Source: Diploschistes diacapsis
Taxonomy: Eukaryota
DNA length: 55,898 nucleotides
Direction: 5' to 3'
Assembly: GCA_023645945.1 (NCBI GenBank)
Contig: JALAIB010000006.1
Location: 1 to 55,898 of the forward strand
The translations under genes were made by a program, and so were the position numbers. Positions 11,413 to 24,680 of the stretch are shown here, piece by piece (position 1 is the first letter of the stretch; each line of letters begins with the position of its first letter). Under the pieces are notes generated by a model. That model ran no database searches. It was not told the DNA's origin and saw only the letters and a program-made list of their open reading frames with translations.

Positions 11413-11880
11413 TTGGATCATATCCATTCTCTCGGTTATGTACACTGCGGTCTGGCTTCCCCTAACGTCGTAGGCGAGCATCCCACCGAGTCAAGCGGTC
11501 CATCCAACTTCAAAATTACAGATTTCGGCAATGCATGCACGAAGGCCAAACATGTTGTCCTCCACGGCACGCCGCACTATCTTTGTCCTGAGACCTTGAC
11601 CGTAGGTCACACCGAAAAACCCCAAGGCCGGTATGCGTTAGGAGTTATTATAGTGGAGATGGCTCATGGGCTTGCCGAGTGGATTCGGGGCGAATCTCCG
11701 ATCAATAGCTTGAAGGCTGCTGAATCTGAACTGAAGAAGGCAGCAATGGCGACTTTCCGATAGTGGATTGAGGGAGTCCGCCGCAGGGCCGTATCCGAGC
11801 TCAGAGATCCGTTGCACAGCATTGCATTCCAGTACATCGACGAGGGTCCTAGAGAAAGACTGCATGGCGCACCAAGACAG
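11413..11880 (+). pseudogene. 5'-truncated Ser/Thr protein kinase relic (C-lobe only)
   Basis: LDHIHSLGYVHCGLASPN (degenerate HRDLxxxN), FKITDFG, GTPHYLCPE and YALGVIIVEM. After an in-frame TAG at 11761-11763 the frame continues ...DEGPRERL (subdomain XI-like). No N-lobe upstream. Confidence 0.7.
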
Positions 11881-13316
11881 CTGTTAGACATCCGTTCCCC
11901 GCCTGTTGCTTGAGCAACGCTAAATCTCACGAATGGCGAGACAGGAGCCACCCTTACCAAGCGATGCTGGAGACTGGCAATGGCCTTTGTATCTCGAGAC
12001 GCCGATCCGCAGCCTCCCAGAACGGAGAACGCCGGAAAGGGAAAGACTGGGGCTTGCGGACCTGGAAGGGTAGAAGGGATCGACGAAGAAAAAGCGGATC
12101 CCCCTAGAGGACTGAGACATACGGGTTGGAGTAAATCGTCCGTCCCCAGACACTGCAGATTGATGGACCTTGAGGGTACCCCTGTTTTGCATCTCTAAAC
12201 GAAGTGGCTGCCAACACAGATCAATGCACCGCAAACAAGCCGAATTGTTGTATCAGCTTAGTTTCGAGGTTTAACCTCCGTAGGGAAAGCGACTGGTCAT
12301 TATTTTGTCTCTACGAAGTTGACAAGAGGTAGAAGACCAACGTGGTACTAGTTGGAGAGGAGCGCCAAGGTAGAAAGAAGAGCCAGGTGTGATATGTCTG
12401 TTACGATAGAAGAAGGCTTAATAAATAGAGGGAATGGACTAGATTGCTATATATAGTGTGCCTACCAAGCCGTTCAGCTCATATCTAGTTCCCATAGTAA
12501 TCAGTATGCATTACTTAAACGAGAGAAAAGTGAATTTCAGATTACATAATGACAGATGTTATCACGTGACATGGAATCGCGTGCGCTACCAAATGAGTTG
12601 GGAAAAGCTTCAAGGAAATGCATAGACAAATTTGTATGGAACCTAACTTAGCGTGTAAGCAGATTTACTGAATCATCATCTCGCTTAACTAAGCTAGCTT
12701 CACGTGACTATCTAATACAAAATTTTATTTTACAATAAAAAATATTTTTTGCCGTCGTCGTCGGTCGTCGCAGAAAGCGTTTATGACTTCCTTCATTCGC
12801 TTGAAATTCAAGACGAATAATATCCTTTTCTTGTATTCTGTAGATTCTGAGATTTAAAGGGGGTTGGGACAATGCAGGAACGCGCCTGGAACGACAAACG
12901 AACGGTAAACGAAGAATCATTCCCATCCTGCATGAACCCGGATAATACACAAGAACTCCAAGAGGGTTGAAGGGGATGGCATCCTTAGAAAAGAATGATC
13001 TGAACAGGGTGTCGTTGGGGCGTTGCTAATTGTCGCATGCTTTGCATAGAAGACCGCTCAACTACGTGACAGCAATGAGCCTGCGGTTCTTGAGCTTCAC
13101 TTCCCATATGGGAAACCTTAGGAGACTACAAAGGCCAAGAGATAGGGATGATATGGTACTTTGGCCCAATTACCCAGAACATACAGTCCAGACTCGCTGT
13201 CTAGCGAACCATCCAGGAATGAGACTGTACGCTCAGGAAAACAGAGGTACTATCCCAAACTCTACCAAACGCATGAAAGGGAGCTTTACTATGAATATGA
13301 TAGAAATGCCGCATTG

Positions 13317-15161
13317 CTAGTGTTCCTGGAGGTTGGGAGCTGCTGCAAGTTGCATCACGTCCTGTGGGACCTGATCGCCAACCGGCTCGAAGACCTTTCC
13401 AGGATTCATGAGCCAGTACGGATCAAGCGCACGCTTGATGCTTCGCATCACTTCTATAGTCGCCGGTCCGAGTTCACGCAGAAGAGACTCCTTCTTGCCT
13501 AGGCCAATGCCATGCTCGCCCTGAGGAGTTAGCTTTCTGTTGCCTCAGACCCCTCTCAGGCGTGTGCAGTACAGTACGTACCGTGCAAGTTCCCTCCATT
13601 TCAATGGCCTTGTGTACCATGTTATGCACGCAATGCTCAACCGCTTCACGCTCCGCCAGGTTCGTAGCATCATAGAGAATACTCTCGTGGAAATTGCCAT
13701 CTCCAATATGACCGAGTATGCTCGCAAACAATCCCAATTCGTCCATTTCCTTTTTGGATTCCTCAATTATGTCGGGCAAGCGCGATAGAGGAACAGCGAC
13801 ATCGGTGGACCATATCTCGTTCCCGCTTTGCCGAAGCGAGAGCATACTCCACAGGGCTTCTTTGCGCGCGGACCATAGCTTGGCGGCGGCATCAGCGTCT
13901 TTAGTAAATTCCATATCACCGCCCTCGTGGGTTTTTGCAATGGCCTTGACGGTACCGATATTGTCCTCGACCCCTGCCGTGGTCCCACTGAATTTAAAGA
14001 AGAGGGTTGGCACTTCTTTCCAGACTTTACCCGTCGCCCCAGCGCGATTGATGACGTTCATTTGAACCTCGTCCATAAGCTCCATAGCGCCGACCGGTAC
14101 GCCGGCCTTCATCACTTTCGCCGCTACAGCAGCAGCATCTCTAATCGATGGAAACGTGACCACGCCAACGCTAGTCTCTTGAGGAATCACGGTGAGCTTA
14201 AGTGTAATCTCGGTGACAATGCCCAGGGTCCCTTCAGAGCCTACGAAGAGCCCCGTAAGGTTATATCCAGCACTGGATTTTCGCGGCCGCCTTCGAGTCT
14301 TGATCACGGTCCCGTCGGCAAGGACAACGGTCAGATTGATAACCCAGTCCTTCATGGTACCATATCTGACAGCATTGGTCCCGCTGCAGCTCGTACCCAC
14401 CATTCCGCCGATCTTAGCGCTGGGTCCTGGATCAACAGGGAAGAACAAGCCAGAATCCTTAAGCTCCTCGTTGAGCGACATCCACGACACGCTTGGCTGC
14501 ACAACAACATCCATGTCGTCTTCATGGAAAGCTAGAGTCTTGTCCATGAACGCAAAGTCGATTGACATGCCACCGTATGGAGCCGAGAAATTAGCTTCGA
14601 GTGATGAGCCCCCAGAAAAGGGTACCATGGGCACGCGGTATTTGTGGCAGACCTTTGCAACCTGCGCGACATCTTCTGTTGATGATGGATAAGCCACAGC
14701 TATAGGTAGTTGATCTATGTTAATGGAGGACCACTCGGAAAATCCATGAGCATGCAAGTCTTCGTCGTCGGTGCTAATTGCATCTTCGCCCAGGTGAAGC
14801 CGGAGCTCATTGATGGCCTGACTTGTGTAAGTTATTCCCATCGTAAGGTGGTCGAGGATGGTACCTGCTCGAGAGCCTTGGAGTCACCGTACTGAGGCAG
14901 ACTGTTTGGCTTTGCATGCGGTTCTTTTCTTGTAGATCCCTCAAAACTGCCGTATGCATAGGCTAACGTACTCGCGAAAGCCGCGAAAAGTACGCTTGAG
15001 CCGGTCGTCCATTTTGCAGAATTCGAGCTCGCAGTACCACTCGCCTGGATGGTGGAGCTTCGCCTAGTGATCAAAGCGTTGTACCGTGTATATGTAGTGC
15101 TTCCTCTGCTGTTGGCATGCTTCAGGGCGTGCGCGACGAAGCTCTTCCAAGTTCCGGCCAT
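13317..15161 (-). CDS. DLD1: Mitochondrial D-lactate dehydrogenase (cytochrome), FAD-binding oxidase family, 3 exons
   Basis: Motifs PFSGGSSLEANF, FFPVDPGPSAKIGGMVGTSCSGTNAVRYGTM, GYNLTGLFVGSEGTLGI and GHIGDGNFH. Spliced EGTCT|GEHGIGLGK...LDPYWLMNPGKVF. N-terminal presequence-like exon at 14832-15161. Confidence 0.93.
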
Positions 15162-16739
15162 GATGGACAAGCATTTGGCATGGGGTGAACCGGTAGGCGC
15201 CCTGAAGGCATTGTAGATCGGACGAGAGATTCATCTGTGCTTTTTGTTAGCCCAGTTGCAGATGGGGTCCGTTCCTCTCTTAAGCTCCTACCTATACCGT
15301 GTGGGGGGCTTTCTCCACCTTGGCGTCGTGCTCGAAATTCGGGCAGGTAAAAGGCGGCCGAAAGCCTTCGGTATCTAACCATACTGTAAATCTATTTTGG
15401 AGAAGCAAAGAAAAGTCACAACGGCAATGCCGGAAGAGAAATCGAAGGAAATTCCACAGTCTCTTGTAGTAGGTTGGGCGGCAGCATGCTGGCAATTTAT
15501 CCCCATTCCCCCGATATCTCACCAACATTAGATAGGAAGTCCTTATCTTTTGCCATATCCATATCTGTCTCCTTGTCACAAACGTGTCTCTCTACCTGCG
15601 TTACACGATTATATTATATGTTCCCTAATCATGCCTCTCTGCGACAAATGTTAGATTCCCAATTGGCAAGCAATTCATCTGATGGCTTCGCTTAGTACCT
15701 CTACGTTAGATTGAGCTCCTGTCACCCAATCCGTTAAGATCTGCAACGACCGACCGAATGACACGTTGAAGACCGCAAAAGATGTATTCGGAGATGAACA
15801 GAAGCCATCAGCAACAGTTTATTTGAGAGAAGTGGTGAGAAGACGGAAATGTGCGTGACAAACAGCAAACATATAGTTAGGGGCTCTGTACTATCTGCAC
15901 TCTCAGTATCCTTCCTTGGCAAACAATTCATGTGATATCGGAGCCTGCTTGTTTAGATGGCTTCAGGAACAGTTTGTTTGACAGGTAGGAATGAATTCCT
16001 AGTTGGAGGTAAATGTCCTTCAGATCATGCAGCTTTCCGCTGTTCCGAGCAAGCCAGGGGGGAGGGAGCCCAAACGCCTTAAACAGGCTGGCCACCTCGT
16101 CTTACAGGCTCTGTGTATGAAGCTTATCTTTTTATCCTCCTCGAAATTCCATAAACATGCTCGAAGTCACAAACAAAAGGCAAACGAAGGGCAAATTAGG
16201 AAAGGGATTCACACATGGAGATTTGTGAACGATGTTGACTATGCTACTTGAGCGGATGACTCCTTATCCAAGCTTTGATTCTTCCATCCTCTACCGCTAC
16301 TAAACACGTCCATGATCGATTTTTGCAGCTGCCTTGTGAGCTTCAATTGACTTCTATGAAGATCAGTTTTTTCAACCCACATATCTGAGGGAAACCCTGC
16401 GCTATGAGTGTGTAACAATTGGTACTTTTAACGATCTGACACAGGCTCTCCCGCTGAAGACCAAATTGATATTCAATTGTGCAAGACACGACTGACTTAG
16501 ATGTTGAAAAGTGTCAAGCGTCTACAGTTAAGTGATCTACACTTGTTGGTGCATTTCAACAGTCTGTCTCTGCTCATTTTCACTCATTACATAGTTTGAT
16601 CGAACACCACCGGTGAGCTTCAACACTCTTCTCGTTCCTATCCAGTACACAGTGAGCAGTGAACACAGGCTGAAGAGGTCCCAGGTGCTGGAAACAATTT
16701 AAAATCGTCAGCTACTTCTCGTCTTTCACAGTAGGCACG

Positions 16740-19700
16740 ATGAAGCAACCCAAGGATCATGGGGTTGCCACCTCAAATCGTCAACAACCAGAGTCGAGGA
16801 TACCGTCCAAACCTGGCCATAATCCGACGAGGTATGGGTCAGAACAAGTTGTCTCTCGTATTGGAGGATTCAATTTGCAGCAATATTGGGGCAATCAAAA
16901 CGAGATCAAGATCAAGGTCTTGGATCTGCCCAGGGATATCTCTACCCTTGAGGTCGCCGAAATATTTGCCGGGGAAGGACACATAGTGCATATCCATCTC
17001 CCCACAAATCCGGACGGATCTGGTAAAGGGGTAGCGTTCGTCGTCTTCAGTCCACCACCGAGCCGTGACTTCTGGTCAAGAAGCAGATACGATGCAAAGC
17101 TTCCCAGCAGAAAACTACACACGAAACTCCGCTTGACACTGGCTGAATTGCCTGAGCCTAAACTCTACAAGGGACTCTATACGGGAGATCAGTATCCTGA
17201 GACCATGACCCTCTCTGCCGAATCTCTCGGTTTTGGCACGTCTTATGATGAACACACCATGATGCTCATGTACAGTACACGTGCTCTTCCTAGTTTTCCG
17301 ATTACGGTACGCCAGTCGCTACGCTTCCGAGAGCTCGAGGTACGCTTTCCTGTGCGCTTTCGTAATGCTCCAGGCACGCCTTCGAAACCTCTGAAGTAAA
17401 GTTGTCCATCTCGTGCAAACCGATCTTCCAGTACTAACTGCATTTAGTCGAGATTGGCTGTACAAGTTTAGCATCTCCCACGCTTTGCCAATGACGGTCT
17501 TTGAAGTCAGCCCCCCTAATCTTTCTTCCAAGGTTGCCACGTTGGTTATTTGCGTCGAATACCCTCCCGAGTTCAGTCGCAAGTATGAGGACAAACTTTC
17601 GCACAAATTCGGTTCTTCTAGTTGGTCGGCCAGAGATGCTTGGTATCGTTCAGTAGACATACTCTACGACTTCGAGGTTGCCAAAGCACTTCCTGCACGT
17701 CTCAGCAACACGACGTCTCTGATCAACATTGGACGCTGGACTACCTATAAACTTATCTTTGATCTTGAGAGAAACGATCGCAGAGTCTATGCGCAGTTCC
17801 TAGATGCTCTTCGTGACTTCAATATTTCCGTTAAGAGCAGCCACGACTTTGTTTTCATGCAAAACAGAGTCCCTTCTGTCTTCGAGCACATCGACCAACG
17901 CCCTTCAGCGAAGAAAGAGTATAAAAGCTTCGCTGATGAACTTTTGGACAACAGTGTTTGCCATTTGCCATTCGAGGTGCGGTATCAGCTTGAAGTTTGT
18001 ATCTCCGACGGCTGCCTGAACGAGTACAGTCTTTCCAGAGAATTTGTGGATCAGCTGAACAGGCTCGATGCAGAGAGAGCCGAAGGGATGCTTGCAGAGG
18101 TAGCGATTCGTAAGAAGCGCGTGTACGCTCCAATGAGTATCTTCGAAAATACAAAGATTCGGAAGCCTCGTCGTAGGATACCCGACTACGCATTCTATGC
18201 TCATGCCGCCATTGTCACACCGACGACAATCTACTTCGGTACCCCATCGGTTGAAATATCCAACAGGGTTATCAGACGTTTTGCGGAGCATGCAGATCGA
18301 TTCCTTCGGGTTCGATTCACGGATGAAAGGCCGAAGGGCAACATTTATGGCACTGATAGGGACACATTGAACGAGGTTTTCACTCGAGTGAAGCGGGTGT
18401 TGATGAATGGTATCATCATTGGGGACCGACATTACGAGTTTCTAGCATTTGGGAACTCCCAATTCCGTGAGAATGGCGCCTATTTCTTCTGTCCCCTGCC
18501 GCATCTATCCGCAGCAAAGATCAGGAAGTGGATGGGCAATTTTGGAGACATCAAGATTGTTGCCAAGTACGCCGCTAGACTTGGTCAATGCTTCTCGACA
18601 ACTCGAGCCATTCACGGAGCGAGTGTTACCATCAAAGAGCTAGAGGACGTCGTTTCAAAGGACGGCAAGTCCACTTTCACAGACGGTGTCGGGATCATCT
18701 CGAAATTTCTTGCCCAAGTAGCAGCGAGCGAAACCGGCGTCTTAACGCCATCTGGAGACCCACCCTCCGCTATGCAATTCCGCTTGGGTGGATGCAAAGG
18801 GGTATTGGTAGTATGGCCACTTGCTAGCAAACGAGAGATCTACATTCGGAAGAGCCAGCATAAATTCGACGCCGACCACGAAGGACTCGAAATTATTCGA
18901 TGGTCACAATTCGTGGCAGCTCACCTGAATCGACAACTGATCGCTATTTTGACTTCCCTAGGCGTGCCCGATCAAGTATTCCTGGACAAACTCGACAAAC
19001 AGCTCGGGGAATTGTCAGAAGCAATGGAAAACCCACAAGTCGCTGTTCGAATGCTTCAGAGAGAGATTGACCCGAACCAAATGACGTTGGAGGTAGCGGA
19101 AATGGTAAACAACAGGTTTCAGATGGCGCAAGAACCGTTCATGATGTCAATACTTCACTTATGGAGGGCATTCTCCATCAAATACCTCAAGGAGAAAGCT
19201 AAGCTTGCCATCGAAGATGCAGCCATTCTACTGGGATGTATTGACGAAAGCGGAAAACTTCAAGGCCATTGGGATCGATTCCAGAGAAAGGTCCAAGAGC
19301 AGCATGATATCGACTTGTTGCCGCAAATCTTTCTCCAGCTGTCATCGGGAGGTATAGCAAATCACGGAAAGCTCAAGATCGTCGAGGGTGTTGCAGTTCT
19401 TGCCCGCAACCCATCCCTCCACCCCGGCGACATACGAATAGTTAGGGCAGTCAATGTACCCGAGCTGCATCATCTCAAGGACGTGGTGGTTCTGCCCAAA
19501 ATAGGCGATCGAGATCTGGCTGGAATGTGCTCTGGTGGTGATCTGGATGGCGATGATTTCCTGGTGTTTTGGGACAAGGATCTTATCCCTCGCGAGTGGA
19601 ACCATGAGCCGATGGACTACACGGCACCGCCGCCTCTCAAGGTTCGCCACAACATCACTGTTGATGATATCACTTCATTCTTCGTTCAATACATGAAGAA

Positions 19701-20913
19701 CGATTCGCTCGGTAACATCGCTACCGCTCATCTTGCTACTGCTGATGAATCTCCTGTGGGAGCCAAGGATCCTAGATGTCAGGAGCTTGCTCAGTTACAT
19801 TCCATGGCTGTCGACTACGCCAAAAGCGGCCACCCGGCCCAAATGCCTTGGAGGCTAAAACCAAGACGTTGGCCGCACTTTATGGAAAACCGGAGCGTGA
19901 TATACCATTCCAAAACAGCCCTGGGCAAGCTGTATGATCGTGTCGAGCTCGTTGACTTCTTGCCCGTGCATGACTTACCATTCGACAAACGGATTCTCGA
20001 CGCCTACCCCTTGCAAACTTCAACTCTAGAAGCGGCTGCGAGAATTAAAGAGGAATATGACTCTGCTGTACGACGCATCATGACACAGCATGACATTGCC
20101 ACTGACTTTGAAGTTTGGTCGACTTTTGTACTTCATCACGCGAAGCAGAAGAAAGACTATAAGTTTCACGAAGAGATCGGCCAGCTTTCCACGACCTTGA
20201 AGGATACATTCCGGGAAAGATGCTATGCAGAGGTTGAGGGGAGGGACTTCGAAAAGCTCGCGCCCTTTGTGGCTGCAATGTATGCAGTGACAAGCCAGCA
20301 AGTCTCGGAGGCTCTTAAGGACCTGAAGCGGCGAGAACAGCCCGCAGACTCCACATTCACCCAGCGGATGCCCCTGATGAGCTTTCCTTGGCTCTTCCCT
20401 GCGATACTGGGACAAATCGCTATGGGCAGGGCAAAAGCAAGAGTTGGTGATTGCGAGCCAACAACAACAGAGAAGCAGCGTCAGGACTGGCAGAAGGAGC
20501 CTCAGCAGCAGCCCAGTCCCGTGATCGTGCAGACGGAGGAAGACGTTCTTCAGACGCAGGATGGACCAAAGCACCGAGGGGATGTTCTCAAGCTCTTTTC
20601 ATCGGAAGAAGCGAGCATTAGCCACGCCGAAGATGTGATTCAATTCAACCGATTGCAGGCCGAAGATGCTCTTGAGAGTAATGGATTGTTGATAACCGAA
20701 GATCGCCCCAGATCCGCCGGGAGTGATATTGATGTAGAGGAAAACATCGTCCCTCTCGGCGCAGACGAGGACCCCGAACAAGCCACGGGCACTAACGAGG
20801 GCGATGATAGCGCTTCCGTCGGCCCCGAGGCTGGAGAAGAAATCACTTTGCCTGATCGCGGTAAAGGCTCCCTTCTAGAGCGGCTTGCGGAGTTCAATGG
20901 TGGGGGTCAGTAA
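16740..20913 (+). CDS. sad-1: Cellular RNA-dependent RNA polymerase, SAD-1/Rdp1 clade, with N-terminal RRM-like region
   Basis: Catalytic motif CSGGDLDGDDF, plus RHYEFLAFGNSQFRENGAYFF, KYAARLGQCFS, FTDGVG, QFRLGGCKGVL, RNPSLHPGD and LHSMAVDYAKSG. An intron at ~17396-17449 joins ORFs 16740-17399 and 17413-20913. The RdRP call is firm; the clade is inferred from FLAFGNSQ and DLDGD. Confidence 0.9.
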
Positions 20914-21143
20914 CTAAGAACTGTAAACGGACAATACGTCTCTGGCGCTTCCAAATTGGGGTTACAAGCCGGATAGTTGTTATCGACATGTATATTATTA
21001 GGACCGTGAGTGATGGGGACTGAGAATACCAATGAAGCAACATAATCAATCTCGTTTATCCGTTGACCCTTGCCACTTTTTGAAGTCTATGACCCCCCAG
21101 AGTTAAGACTTCGCTGCTGTCTGAAAGTCAAATTTTTAGTCAA

Positions 21144-22103
21144 ATGGGGTCTTCGAGCCGCTTGCCACACCTTTTGAACACCCATCTTTCCCTCCCTCCG
21201 CAAGGCTCGCTCATTTTATTAACAGGCGTGGTAAATGCTTCAACAAATTGGCTGCTACTGCGGTTCCTTCTAAGTTCAGAATTGAGCGGCGCGGTGCAGC
21301 AGCCACCGAGCAGTGTGGAAGTCAGCCACAGCGTATCTCGGATCGTGCTGGTGAGCTTCTTGCGAGACTGGGAGTTTTGGCGAGATGGCGCTCGCCGCAT
21401 CGTAGGTGAACACAGTTCTATGCATTCTAAACCAAGAGTTTATCCGGTCATTAGGGCCTCGATGTCAACCAATGCGCTCGGCGAGGATCCTTCACCTTTA
21501 TTGATGGCCTTTCTGGGCTATTCGCCCCAAAAACGTCTGCAAATGGCCGCACAAAAGATCCGCCAGGAATGCTGGCGCTGCAGGATCCAAGCTTACGAAG
21601 CATCGAGGAATCAATCACACGGCGTTTGAATGCTCGATCGCAGGGTGCTGCCGGAGGCGTGATGCTACTGGTAGATGGACTGGATGCACTACTCGCCGCC
21701 ACGCCCGCTACCGCCCTCGAGCTCCTTGAGACGGTTATGAATTGGAGACAGGTACGGGTTCACACTACATGTAGGTGCAAAGCACTCATGATAGTAGCAT
21801 GCATACGCTACGGTATTCGCGGTATCCGCCGACCATCCTCTACTGCTCTCGCCTTCCACGCCGCTGGAACTAAACCATGCAGCCTTTGTTGCTGGATTGG
21901 TACAGCAGACTTATTTCGTCATGAGCTTGAGGCTTCTCAGTACTGGGATCGCAAAAGATGTTAGCGGCGTGTTGAGAATCACGAGAGGTGCAGAGGCTGG
22001 TGAGCTAGAGGCCGAGGAATCCAGGTTGGAGGAGAAGGAGTTGTTGTATCTGGTAGGAGGTGATGGGAGTGTCAAGATTTTTGAGAGGGGAGCTGTGGAT
22101 TAG
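21144..22103 (+). CDS. ELP6: Elongator complex subunit 6, 3 exons
   Basis: PPQGSLILLTGVVNASTNWLLLRFL, VLVSFLRDWEFW, LLVDGLDALL, LSTGIAKDVSGVLRITRG and ELLYLVGGDGSVKIFERG. Introns at ~21403-21453 and ~21751-21797. Confidence 0.85.
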
Positions 22104-22408
22104 CTTAGTAGTATCACAGTAAGGAAGGTATGAACTTATACAGTTCGACGCATTATGTTATGGATTTTCAAATCCAGTACGTTCTAGCTTTGAGGTTTCC
22201 ATGCCTGTCCTTCCAAGCGATGGAAGGAAACAATGATCCTCGCTCTTCCACTCTTCGAGCTCTGATTGGCCGACGAGCGAAGTAAGTATCGAAATCTTGG
22301 CGCTCAGCCCTAGGGCTTTGCTCCCACGCATCTTGAATATTGATAAATTCACTTCCATACGATAGCGACAGCGATAGTTCGAGCACGGAACGACAACACT
22401 GAGCCACT

Positions 22409-22878
22409 ATGAGTATGTACCCGTGCTGTAATCAGCTTTCGCGATATACCAGTGCTAACATAGCAAACAGCAAAGGGTACCTCCTCCTTTGGCAAGCGCC
22501 ACAACAAGTCACACGTTCTTTGCAGGCGCTGTCCGTGGCATTTTCCATTCGCAGGACTCCATGAGCATTCGGTCTAACAAAATTTTGTAGGCGGCCGCCG
22601 ATCTCTCCACGTACAAAAACATACTTGCGCGAGCTGCGGCTACCCTTCAGCTAAGGTCCGGAAATGTATGTTCTTCGGCGCGGCGCGGACCAGAGCATTT
22701 TCCATAAACACAAACCTCTGACTCAATAACAGACAATTGGAGCGAGAAGGCCAAGCGAAGGAAGACGACTGGAACGGGTCGCATGCGGTCGTTGAAGCTG
22801 GTTGCCCGGAAGTTCAAGAACGGCTTCCAGCAAGGAACACCCAAGGGAGCCAGAGGGCCTGCGAGCGCGAGCTCGTGA
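22409..22878 (+). CDS. RPL37: 60S ribosomal protein L37 (eL37), 4 exons; missed by the ORF track
   Basis: Spliced translation [94 protein letters not shown]. Confidence 0.97.
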
Positions 22879-24680
22879 AAACTTACCAGATGGGGCTTGA
22901 GTGGTGTTGTTGCGGTTGCATTATGGAAATCACTGAAACGTGCGGCTTTGCCCGTACGGTGATAGCATGAATCAAGAGCATTGAAATGATACTGCTGTGA
23001 CTATAACATGATACGGCTAGTATGAACCGGGAGTTATTGTGGCCGCGAATCGAGCTCATCCATCGTGAGGCAAAGAATTTTTTAGGGAAACGCCATTGAT
23101 CAAAACTGCTACTGAAAGGCGTGACTGGGCCATACGGACGCCGCTGTGGTGTGTATTATACATCGATTCCCTTGGGCAATGTGTTACCAGGTTCCAACCA
23201 AAGGAAATCCACTCAACACCACTGTCCACGTTCATGTCTTAACTGCCCATTGTTTGGCTGTTTATCTGACGGTTCCACAGCTTCCCCTGGTGTTTGCAAA
23301 GCTTCACACAAACTCAATCCCATCACAGCTAGATCCCGGCAATCACTTGTTATGCTAAGGCTATGATATCAGCCAGAAACGAGACAAGTGTAATTTCATA
23401 TCATTCCGTCATCATGAGATCGGGCAAGGATTGGGAACTGCCTCACCTGAGGGTCATGATTCCTATCTGGGCTGATCTACAAGTCTATTGATATTATGAG
23501 TATTCTGTTCCTTTTAGTACTGTTTTCTGTACTAAACGATCCCTTAGCTTGGGTCGGTAGTGAAGTTCTTGGGGCTGCAGGGGTGTCCTTTCTACCTGCC
23601 TGAGGCGCTTCATATGAGTCAACTTGTGTCTATTATACATACTGTTATCCAATCTGTATTTAGAGAGGCGGCGAACATTTGAAGCGGTAGCTAGCAGACC
23701 CTCCCTCTCCTATCTCAAAACAGAGTTGTGTTTTTCAATATCTCGACCTCCATACTTTTGCTTTCCCCAACATGTCACAAGGCATACATCCCGAGCCTGT
23801 TTTACCTTCCCCCGTGTGCATTGCAATTAATCTAGCAGCTAAGCGGCAGGTAGACTTCGGTTTCTCCGAAGAGAATGTCACTAAATGTTGATGCGCTAGC
23901 CTTTCTCATTCCTGTCAGTCGCCCATGGCCTGCGCTAGTAACGCGATATTGCAAACATGTTTGTCCACCTCAATGTGCCACGCAGCAAAACACCTTGGGG
24001 TACTTGTGGAACGAGAGCGGGAGTTTCTAGCAATGGCGTTCCAGGAGCCCAGAATCTTGAGACATCCCGGTGCAAACGTGTACTGCGGATGGGGCCCCAT
24101 GGTTGGTTCTCGCCATTTACTTTGTGAACGATATGAAAAGGGTCTGTAATAACAAAGAGCAACCGCAAGGCGAAGTTCGATGGTCTGACAAAGGATTGAA
24201 TAAGAAGGTCAGGTACTCTCTTGATCTAATGAACAAAGATTATCACAGGCTTTACCGTACAGTCATTCGGGAAATGAATGGGAAATATCTAAGGCGGGCA
24301 AGAGGGGACTTTCAAAGAAGACAATGGATGTGAAACGGGCCCAGAAGCGGACGTAGAAATAGGTCCAATGGCACGAATCCGATTATACTCAAGGTTGGGG
24401 AGTCGCCAGTACTCAAATATGTGAAGCAGCAGTAATGATGTGAATTGCGCTTTCGGACGAAAAGCTGTGTAGAACACCCCAATCTGACGCGCGTTGCTTA
24501 TAACAAGGCTAGAGCACCCCTTCACCGGTGCTAAAAATGTAAGAATCTCCCTAGATCCATGATTTCTTGCAGGGATGGCTGGAAGAAGGCATCAACGTCC
24601 GAACAATGAAGCTAGAGCCTTCATTCTTTCAAGAGGAAATCATCTCTTGTTCTTCACGAAATAGTAGCGTCTAAAGTAAG

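Noticed and set aside
12700..12780. Point-centromere-like CDEI plus AT-rich tract
   Set aside because: The AT tract is only ~40 bp, there is no CDEIII, and Pezizomycotina have regional centromeres.
23915..24333. Overlapping 60-90 aa ORFs between RPL37 and PanK
   Set aside because: No recognisable motif or consistent splice structure; cannot be supported as a gene.
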